Shown in pieces: positions 9,805-16,384 of a stretch of DNA of 25,370 nt. This DNA is from Candidatus Thorarchaeota archaeon (GTDB lineage: Archaea > Asgardarchaeota > Thorarchaeia > Thorarchaeales > Thorarchaeaceae). How positions within the stretch are numbered: position 1 is the stretch's first letter; each line of letters starts with the position of its first letter. The stretch is taken from contig JAEOTX010000073.1 of assembly GCA_016839605.1 (NCBI GenBank), positions 1 through 25,370 of the forward strand, read 5' to 3'. The notes under the pieces are model-generated. The model worked only from the letters and a program-made list of their open reading frames with translations, did not search any database and was not told the DNA's origin. Position numbers and translations under genes: made by a program.

Positions 9805-10854
9805 TTACTTTTGTTCTGAACTTGTGAAATAGTAGGCGATGTTTGCTCCAGTCTGAACTGTCTGCATGGAACCTGGTGTACCTAGAATGTCCCCACAAGG
9901 ATAAGCCCAAATATACCCATCAATAGGCATCGTGACTTCTTCCAGCACTTCTCCGTAGAGGTCATATATCTCTGCAAAGGCATCACCTTTCCTCAGGAAC
10001 TCTCCTGGGACTTTTAGAAATCGAATGAGTCCACCTCTGTTGGCTCGCATTACCCCTTCCCATTTACACGCCCCTCCAATAATAGGAAAGCCCTCTTGAG
10101 GTTCAACCTCGCCATCCAGCATATCAAAGGCTTTCATAATATTGAGGACACCTCTTATGCCAGCGGTAGTTGATGGTTCAGATATCCATCTTCCATCAAT
10201 AAGCTCCATGAGCAGATCAGGCACTCCCTTCTTAGCCACCAGATTGGCTAGAGTAGGTGGTGAGTCTTCTTCGAAGGGTGTATCATCAACAACTGTAGTT
10301 ACTCCAAATGCCTTGGCCATCTTCCATAGTGCATCTTTGGTCTTCGGGTTTCCAACTAGGATTTCTTGAAAAATGAGAGAATCAGGGCGCGTGTTGCAAT
10401 GGATGTTTATGACCATATCCGCCTTACTCCATGCTTCTTGCCATAGTGCATAAGCAAGTCGCTCAGTCGCAGTACCATCTGGTTTGTCTGCAGTTAGCGG
10501 ACTGGCACTGCCTCCGCCTCCAAGATCTTGATTGTCAATCCAAGAAAGATACTGATGATGCATGTATGCAAGAGGATTTTCAACTGGAATGCCAATTATT
10601 GCACCTCTCAAATCTTTTGGATTCACTTTTTCACGCATGACTTTGTGAATGACCTCGACACCTTGAATCTCGATTCCATGCTGTGTGGAAACGACAAGTA
10701 GAGTGGGCCCTTTCTGAGTACCCTTCATCACAAGAACGGGGATATCAATTCTATCGGATGTATTGAGTTCAACGCCCTTGATGACTCCCTTACTTAGATC
10801 ACCTGGCTTTGCTTCTGCAGTTCCAACTTTGAGTACATCTGACATTGTTACCAC
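9805..10854 (-). CDS. Second AstE/AspA (M14) family deacylase, divergent active site
   Basis: QHGIE, ENP, NIHC and LMEL motifs plus a C-terminal barrel-sandwich. DLGG replaces the usual DLNR. Confidence 0.82.
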   Translation of the reverse strand: MVTMSDVLKVGTAEAKPGDLSKGVIKGVELNTSDRIDIPVLVMKGTQKGPTLLVVSTQHGIEIQGVEVIHKVMREKVNPKDLRGAIIGIPVENPLAYMHHQYLSWIDNQDLGGGGSASPLTADKPDGTATERLAYALWQEAWSKADMVINIHCNTRPDSLIFQEILVGNPKTKDALWKMAKAFGVTTVVDDTPFEEDSPPTLANLVAKKGVPDLLMELIDGRWISEPSTTAGIRGVLNIMKAFDMLDGEVEPQEGFPIIGGACKWEGVMRANRGGLIRFLKVPGEFLRKGDAFAEIYDLYGEVLEEVTMPIDGYIWAYPCGDILGTPGSMQTVQTGANIAYYFTSSEQK

Positions 10855-11079
10855 TAGATGATGCGATTGTGGCTACTGCATCTTATTTTTTGCGGGTTAG
10901 CTTCTTCGCTTATGCTACTGACGCCCTTTCCAATTCCTCAACATCAATTCTTGGCTCAATGCTCTTTGTCATTAAAACTCCAAGGATGGAAGACAACCTG
11001 AAGAATGCCGAACTGTTTATGTCACCGAAGTAGGATTGGAACCAAGTCCTTACAGACATATCTATGAAGGCGATGGTCA

Positions 11080-12714
11080 ATGGGTACTGAACTTGACATT
11101 CTAATCCGAAATGGCTCAATCCTTGATGGAACTGGCAAAGTCCCCTTCAAGGGGGATGTAGGAATCACACAGAAAAGAATCACCGAAATCGCTGAGAGGA
11201 TATCTAGAGACGCTGCTGAGATTATCGATGCCTCAGGGAAAGTTGTGAGCCCGGGATTCATTGACATTCACAGTCACAACGACACGGCTCTCCCTTTTGA
11301 TAATAGACTGGAATCTATGATTCGACAGGGAGTGACCACTTCTGTCATTGGCAACTGCGGTTATTCCCTAGCTCCAGTGAATGAAGACAGAATCGAGATG
11401 ATGAAGAAGGAGATAGATCTCTTTACTCCGCCAGGTCAAGATCTGGAGATAACATGGAGAACATTCGAGCAATACCTCGATACTCTTGAAAATAACAAGA
11501 CAGCTATGAATATCGTACCACTAGTTGGCTTTGGTGCAGTGAGGATAGCTATGGGCCCTGCATATGAGAACCGGAAGCCATCTTCAGACGAAATGGCTGC
11601 AATGAAACAGCTTGTTAAGGAGGCTATGGAAGCTGGAGCGTTTGGTCTCAGTACAGGGCTAATCTATGCTCCTCAAGTGTATGCAGAGACCTTGGAAGTA
11701 CTTGAACTGGCAAAGGTCGTGGCTGAATACGGCGGACTCTATTTCTCACATATACGAGGTGAAGGTGAAACTCTAATTCGTGCGGTGAAAGAGCTCATAG
11801 CCATTGTAGAGGAGTCGGGTTGTCGTGGCGGACAAATTGCTCATCATAAGGTTGCAGGTAGACCATTCTGGGGCGCTAGTAAGACAACGCTGAAAATGAT
11901 TGCAGAGGCCAATGAACGTGGACTCATGATTGCGTGCGACCAATACCCCTACAACAGGGGGGCTACATCACTCATTACTGTCCTACCTCCCTGGGTCCAT
12001 GAGGGAGGTATTGATGCCATTCTTGAAAACCTGAAAGACCATTCATCCAGAGAAAGAATCAGAAAAGATATCGAGTCAGGGATTGAGGGCTGGGAAAATA
12101 TGATCAATGAATCAGGATGGGACGGCATTTACATCTCATCTGTCAAGACAGAGAAATGGGCGGGAGTAGAAGGTTTCAGTCTTGCATCCATCAGTGAAAC
12201 GAGAGATTATGCGGATCCTGCTGACATGCTCTTCGAACTTCTTCTAGACGAAAAGGGTGAGGTCGGAATGACAATGGAGAGCATGGGAGATGAAGACATC
12301 CATCGAATAATGAAATCTACCTATACGATGGTCGGGACCGATGGAGAGGGAGTAGCACCGACAGGAGTTCTAGGCTATGGTAAACCTCATCCACGGTTTT
12401 ATGGCACTTATCCCCGTATTCTCGGAAAATACGTCAGAGAAGAGGGACACCTATCTCTTGAGGAAGCGATATGGAAGACGTCAGGCTTCCCAGCTCAGCA
12501 GCTGGGTCTCGATGAGAGAGGACGAATACAAGAAGGGATGATAGCGGATATTGTAGTGTTCAACTCTGAAACCGTGATTGACAATGCTACATTCATGGAT
12601 CCTCACCAGTTTCCCGAAGGAATTCTGGAAGTCATAGTGAATGGAACCCGAGTTGTTGCAGACGGAAAACAGAGTGATGAACTTCCAGGAGTCATTCTTC
12701 GTCACAGTACCTAG
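11080..12714 (+). CDS. N-acyl-D-amino-acid deacylase (D-aminoacylase), amidohydrolase superfamily
   Basis: PGFIDIHSH, GNCG, GLSTGLIY.P, SHIRGE, DQYPY, GTDG and HPRFYGTYPRILG. Confidence 0.9.
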   Translation: MGTELDILIRNGSILDGTGKVPFKGDVGITQKRITEIAERISRDAAEIIDASGKVVSPGFIDIHSHNDTALPFDNRLESMIRQGVTTSVIGNCGYSLAPVNEDRIEMMKKEIDLFTPPGQDLEITWRTFEQYLDTLENNKTAMNIVPLVGFGAVRIAMGPAYENRKPSSDEMAAMKQLVKEAMEAGAFGLSTGLIYAPQVYAETLEVLELAKVVAEYGGLYFSHIRGEGETLIRAVKELIAIVEESGCRGGQIAHHKVAGRPFWGASKTTLKMIAEANERGLMIACDQYPYNRGATSLITVLPPWVHEGGIDAILENLKDHSSRERIRKDIESGIEGWENMINESGWDGIYISSVKTEKWAGVEGFSLASISETRDYADPADMLFELLLDEKGEVGMTMESMGDEDIHRIMKSTYTMVGTDGEGVAPTGVLGYGKPHPRFYGTYPRILGKYVREEGHLSLEEAIWKTSGFPAQQLGLDERGRIQEGMIADIVVFNSETVIDNATFMDPHQFPEGILEVIVNGTRVVADGKQSDELPGVILRHST

Positions 12715-12777
12715 ACAATACAGGTTCTACCCAAAGAATAAATCCCGGCCTAGTAGTGAATCAAGTGCATTAGATGT

Positions 12778-14085
12778 ATGGTGAAACTCATGGTCATTGA
12801 GAAGTACAAGGAGAGAACTCCATCCTCCAAGAAGCTCTGGGAGAGAGCTGTAGGCCTATTCTGTGGCGGCATCAATCACAACATCCGAACCTTTGGTCTT
12901 GATAACTGCGATGCGTATCCACCCTATATCGCAAGGGGTGATGGATCACATATATGGGATGTAGATAACAATGAATACATCGACTGGTGGATGACTCACT
13001 ACTCTCAGATTCTGGGACACAACAACTCAGCTGTGCGAAGCGCACTAGCCGCACAAATTGAAAGGGGGATTCATTTCGGCGGTCTCAACGAGCACATGGT
13101 ATCGCTTGCTGAGAAGCTCAGAGAGGGGGTCTCTTTCTTGAAGAAGATGAGATTCTGCTCTACTGGTGCAGAGGCAACGATGTATGCAACTCGGTTGGCG
13201 CGTCTTTTCACGAAAAAGAAACTCGTAGCGAAGACCCTAGGGGGATGGCACGGTGGCAACGATGCATTGGCATATCACCTCCAGTCACCATACACCGATG
13301 AACCATACTTCAATGGTGTTTCATTCAATTTCAATGAGAGAGCCAGTTTTGACAAAGTGATGAAGGAGCATGGGAGTGATCTCGCCGCTGTAATTATCGA
13401 ACCAGTCTTGGGAGCAGGCGGTGCAGTTCCTCCAGACAATGACTTCCTACCATATCTTCGAGAACAGACGGAGAGCCGTGATATACTGTTGATCTTTGAC
13501 GAGATCATTACAGGCTTCAGATTCAGCTATGGTTCTGCAGGAGAGAATGAATTTGGAGTAATTCCTGATCTCATGACTCTGGGGAAGATTGTAGGAGGAG
13601 GAATGCATCTCGGTGTCTATGGCGGACGTGAGGATATCATGGGTCTTGCCACTCCAGGAGCAGAAGGAGGTCGTTGGGTTGGTGGAGGGACTTTCTCAAG
13701 TCACCCTCTAGCAATGACTGCAGGCTGCGCGGCACTCGACCAGCTGAAGGGAAAGAAAGACGAGTATCCTGGGCTAAACAAGAGATGTACAGATTTCAGA
13801 AATGAAGTGAACAGGATTTTCGATGAGAGTCAATACAAAGCGATTTCCACTGGGCATGGGTCTCTTGTCTATATCCATTCTCTCTATAACAGAATGGATG
13901 GCCCTCCGCTGACAGGTACCGATATAGGAAAGGAGCTTGACCACGACGCGCTTGACAAGTTCCAGAGTCTACTTATGCAAGAGGGAGTTTACGGATATCA
14001 TGGTCTAGGAGCGATGTCCTTCTCTCACACTAAGGAAGATGTTGAAAAGACCCTTGATGCAATTCGAGCTGTGGTCACCAACTGA
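12778..14085 (+). CDS. Class III PLP aminotransferase, glutamate-1-semialdehyde aminomutase-like
   Basis: ILGH, STGAEAT, WHG, IIEPV, LIFDEIITGFR, PDLMTLGKIVGGG and GGTFSSHP. Start may be 12790. Confidence 0.85.
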   Translation: MVKLMVIEKYKERTPSSKKLWERAVGLFCGGINHNIRTFGLDNCDAYPPYIARGDGSHIWDVDNNEYIDWWMTHYSQILGHNNSAVRSALAAQIERGIHFGGLNEHMVSLAEKLREGVSFLKKMRFCSTGAEATMYATRLARLFTKKKLVAKTLGGWHGGNDALAYHLQSPYTDEPYFNGVSFNFNERASFDKVMKEHGSDLAAVIIEPVLGAGGAVPPDNDFLPYLREQTESRDILLIFDEIITGFRFSYGSAGENEFGVIPDLMTLGKIVGGGMHLGVYGGREDIMGLATPGAEGGRWVGGGTFSSHPLAMTAGCAALDQLKGKKDEYPGLNKRCTDFRNEVNRIFDESQYKAISTGHGSLVYIHSLYNRMDGPPLTGTDIGKELDHDALDKFQSLLMQEGVYGYHGLGAMSFSHTKEDVEKTLDAIRAVVTN

Positions 14086-14094
14086 GGTGAGATT

Positions 14095-14532
14095 TTGGAG
14101 TTTAGGATTGAACCAATAGGATTCGTGAAGAAGCCCGAGGATGGAAGAATCTTTCTGCATATTGATTCCAGATTCTGGGATGCTACGCTTAATATTGACA
14201 AGTTCTCACATATCCATGTCATTTGGTGGGCCACAGGATTTGACATGCCTGAGTATCGAACGCACCTGCAAGATGTACCTCCTACTGAAGGAGCAGAGAA
14301 TTCTGGTGTCTTTGCCAGTCGGTCTCCAGCAAGGCCCAATGTCCTCTGCCTATCTATTGTGAAACTTGTTGCCTTGAATGAAGAAAACAGAGTCATTGAG
14401 ATAGATCAAATAGATGCAAAGGATGAGACCCCAATAGTCGACATCAAGCCCTATCTCCCCTCCTCCGATAGAGTTGATGATGCTGCGGTTCCCGAGTGGT
14501 TCAAGGATCTTAAGAAAAGATACACAAAATAA
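14095..14532 (+). CDS. trmO: tRNA (N6-threonylcarbamoyladenosine37) methyltransferase TrmO/TsaA family
   Basis: IEPIGFV, FSHIHVIWW, GVFASRSPARPN and TPIVDIKPY. GAGGTGA SD before TTG. Confidence 0.85.
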   Translation: MEFRIEPIGFVKKPEDGRIFLHIDSRFWDATLNIDKFSHIHVIWWATGFDMPEYRTHLQDVPPTEGAENSGVFASRSPARPNVLCLSIVKLVALNEENRVIEIDQIDAKDETPIVDIKPYLPSSDRVDDAAVPEWFKDLKKRYTK

Positions 14533-14552
14533 ACTGGATTTCTAGTAACAGT

Positions 14553-14602
14553 AAAAGGGAGTGAGAGTGCTCATGCCATAATAGACACGAGCACGGGCTC
14601 AC
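14553..14602 (-). terminator. Long hairpin followed by TCCCTTTT; probable 3' end of the minus-strand unit, convergent with trmO
   Basis: GTGAG-ccc-GTGCTC-GTGTC-tattat-GGCAT-GAGCAC-t-CTCAC (14602-14561), then a T-tract. Confidence 0.6.
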
Positions 14603-14641
14603 ATGAAGCGCCAAGAAGAAGGAGCTCGTAAAGAGCCAACT

Positions 14642-14740
14642 TCATTGCCCGCGGTTATACTGGTAAGCCCATGCGATGGCTCTTGTTGAGATCTTCTTTC
14701 TCGGTGCCTTCTTCCTCTTCTCATTCTTTGCTATTGCCAT
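14642..14740 (-). CDS. Small Lys/Arg-rich peptide, 32 aa (MAIAKNEKRKKAPRKKISTRAIAWAYQYNRGQ)
   Basis: ATG preceded by A-rich, apparently unpaired AAACAATAAAGGAAGTAGGTAGAC (SD-like). Below the ORF-track cutoff. Confidence 0.5.
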   Translation of the reverse strand: MAIAKNEKRKKAPRKKISTRAIAWAYQYNRGQ

Positions 14741-14755
14741 GTCTACCTACTTCCT

Positions 14756-14902
14756 TTATTGTTTGTACAGGCATGACCAAAACGCTACGCAAGGCCAATC
14801 AGGCCTCCGCGTGTAATCGTGAAAGATCGACTCAAGCGAGTAACGCTTGGCAATACGCCTGGCAATCCGTTTCCACGGATTGCGATTTTTCCTGCCTGTC
14901 AT
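14756..14902 (-). CDS. Possible small basic ORF, 48 aa (MTGRKNRNPWKRIARRIAKRYSLESIFHDYTRRPDWPCVAFWSCLYKQ)
   Basis: GAGGTG SD lies 6 nt upstream of the ATG, but the ORF coincides with a dense RNA structure. Confidence 0.35.
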   Translation of the reverse strand: MTGRKNRNPWKRIARRIAKRYSLESIFHDYTRRPDWPCVAFWSCLYKQ

Positions 14903-14961
14903 TCATTTCACCTCGTGGCTGTTACCGCCCGGTTTCCCGCGCGCTTCCAGTTAACCACGTA

Positions 14962-14987
14962 ATAGTATTACATATTACTATATATAA
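14962..14987 (-). promoter_or_regulatory. TATA box TTATATAT with an overlapping ATAGTA-N8-TACTAT palindrome
   Basis: TATA at 14987-14980 places the TSS near 14960, where the structured region begins. Confidence 0.6.
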
Positions 14988-15181
14988 GTATTGTGGGATG
15001 GTATTATTGTGTCTTCAGGGTGCAGTATGCTGGCAATTTCAGGGGAATCTCAAAACCAATGTTGCGTTTAACGAAAGCAAAAAGTCACTATTGGAGTCCT
15101 CAATATGTGAACCTGTATCGTGAGCCTAGATAGTGACTTCGTATTATATTCTGACTCGGTGTGTTCTCTGAGTGATAGAAG

Positions 15182-15646
15182 ATGATTGGAAGTGAAACAA
15201 CCGGCATTCGGAGAGAATCCGCAGCTAATCTTATGGATTTAGTAGAAAAGAATGTCAGCTCTATCGATATGCTTAGCTCACAACTCGATATGTCCACTGA
15301 AGAAACTCAGAAGATGCTCTTGCAACTAGTCGATGAGGGCAAGCTAGCTGGGAAACTCACAGCGGATGGAAGCCGATTCTTCAGGTCTGATGTTAAGACA
15401 TCAGAGGCTCCAATAATTCCATCCTCACCAGAGCCTGAAATTGAGAAAAAGGGCACAAAGCCTGGAATCTTCATTATACTATCAGGATTTATCCTGTTTG
15501 TCGTAGGAAATCTTCTCGTCAATTTGAATATTGAGTTCAGCATTCTTTGGGGCCTTGGCTCTGCTCTGCTACTAGCTGGACCCTTAGTCCTAATTGCTGG
15601 CTTAATCTATGTCAGCAAGATGAACCCCCCTCAGAAATTGAGATAG
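15182..15646 (+). CDS. PCI-like winged-helix protein with two C-terminal TM helices
   Basis: LSSQLDMSTEETQKMLLQLVDEGKLAGKL resembles a PCI/wHTH; a Pro/Glu linker and two hydrophobic segments follow. Confidence 0.65.
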   Translation: MIGSETTGIRRESAANLMDLVEKNVSSIDMLSSQLDMSTEETQKMLLQLVDEGKLAGKLTADGSRFFRSDVKTSEAPIIPSSPEPEIEKKGTKPGIFIILSGFILFVVGNLLVNLNIEFSILWGLGSALLLAGPLVLIAGLIYVSKMNPPQKLR

Positions 15647-15678
15647 CAGAAGACCGAGATTCACACCGCTCACACAGC

Positions 15679-15816
15679 TTTATTAGGAAAACATAGTGGT
15701 CTAGAAATGCAGGTAGGACGAGCCTGTCGTCACCTACGAATACGATCCCGATCCGATTCCCGGATGACCCCTACTCGTTTTGTATACCTGTTACTCACAA
15801 ACCAGAGTGAATTAAC
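15679..15816 (+). promoter_or_regulatory. TATA (TTTATTA) plus ~110-nt structured 5' leader of ssb
   Basis: GCAGGTA(15709-15)/TACCTGT(15785-91) encloses the GACGA/TCGTC, TACGAATACGA/TCGTTTTGTA and ATCCG/CGGAT helices. Confidence 0.5.
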
Positions 15817-16287
15817 ATGAGCGAACCAGAACCTATTCTTGCTATCATCTCAGACCTTAAACCCAGGATGAAGAACCTCACAATATCCTTCAAGGTTCTC
15901 TCCAAGGGAGAGGCTCGCGAGGTAACCTCAAGGCATGACGGTGAAACCCACCGTGTTGCAGACATTGTCATTGGAGACTCCAGTGGCATAGTGGTAATGC
16001 CCCTGTGGGATGACTCCATTGAGGCATTAGAGGTTGGCAAGACCTACAAGCTTGAAAATGGATATACTGGACTTTTCCAGAGGAATCTTCGCCTCAACAT
16101 CGGCAGATACGGCGTCGTCAATGAAGCTGAAGAAGCAATTGAAGAAGTCAATGAGGAGAATGATCTCTCAGCGGAAGAGCATGAACGACCACAGAGAAGA
16201 TACGACCGACGCGGTGGCGGAGGCTACGGCGGCGGGGACAGACGTGATGGTGGATATCGAGATCGCGGCCGCGATAGTAGATACTAG
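15817..16287 (+). CDS. ssb: Single-OB-fold single-stranded DNA-binding protein (crenarchaeal SSB / hSSB1-like) with acidic and RG-rich tail
   Basis: ISDLKP, KVLSKGEAREV, VIGDSSG...LWD, LENGYT.LF and LNIGRYG motifs; tail RRGGGGYGGGDRRDGGYRDRGRDSRY. Confidence 0.88.
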   Translation: MSEPEPILAIISDLKPRMKNLTISFKVLSKGEAREVTSRHDGETHRVADIVIGDSSGIVVMPLWDDSIEALEVGKTYKLENGYTGLFQRNLRLNIGRYGVVNEAEEAIEEVNEENDLSAEEHERPQRRYDRRGGGGYGGGDRRDGGYRDRGRDSRY

Positions 16288-16301
16288 AGTCAGTTTCAAC
16301 T

Positions 16302-16375
16302 AGAGGCACTGGCCTGGACTTGAGCACGATTGTTCAGGAGCTCAGCGCCTAGGCCTCTCTTCTCTTCTTTCTTTC
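16302..16375 (+). terminator. Long 3' hairpin plus pyrimidine tract after ssb
   Basis: AGAGGC(16302-07)/GCCTCT(16353-58) encloses CTTGAGCA-cgat-TGTTCAGG and is followed by CTTCTCTTCTTTCTTTC. Confidence 0.6.
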
Positions 16376-16384
16376 ACAATTCAT

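Larger units (their letters stand above)
14553..14960 (-). ncRNA. Unclassified highly structured transcript (ncRNA or structured small-ORF mRNA)
   Basis: At least 7 helices, GAAA and GGAA tetraloops on the minus strand, a 5'/3' long-range helix, an upstream TATA and a downstream hairpin. Confidence 0.55.

Noticed and set aside
12778-14085. Naming the gene hemL
   Set aside because: It is GSA-like, but no tetrapyrrole genes are nearby and the motifs are diverged (WWMTHYSQ, GGWHGGND), so function cannot be assigned.
14561-14644. Selenocysteine readthrough of the 32-aa ORF's TGA with the hairpin as SECIS
   Set aside because: The hairpin lacks AUGA/GA or GAA/A SECIS cores, and the readthrough peptide has no redox context.
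14650-14960. Identification as RNase P, SRP or tmRNA
   Set aside because: The size, terminal helix, GGCTTA and GTAAC are suggestive, but GAGGAAAGUCC/ACAGAA (RNase P), CAGG-GNRA-AGCA (SRP) and a T-arm/CCA end (tmRNA) are missing. Not called without a covariance-model search.
14671-15123. 150-aa plus-strand ORF
   Set aside because: Low-complexity, Ser/Cys-rich translation with no SD. It is antisense to the structured unit and runs through its AT-rich promoter.
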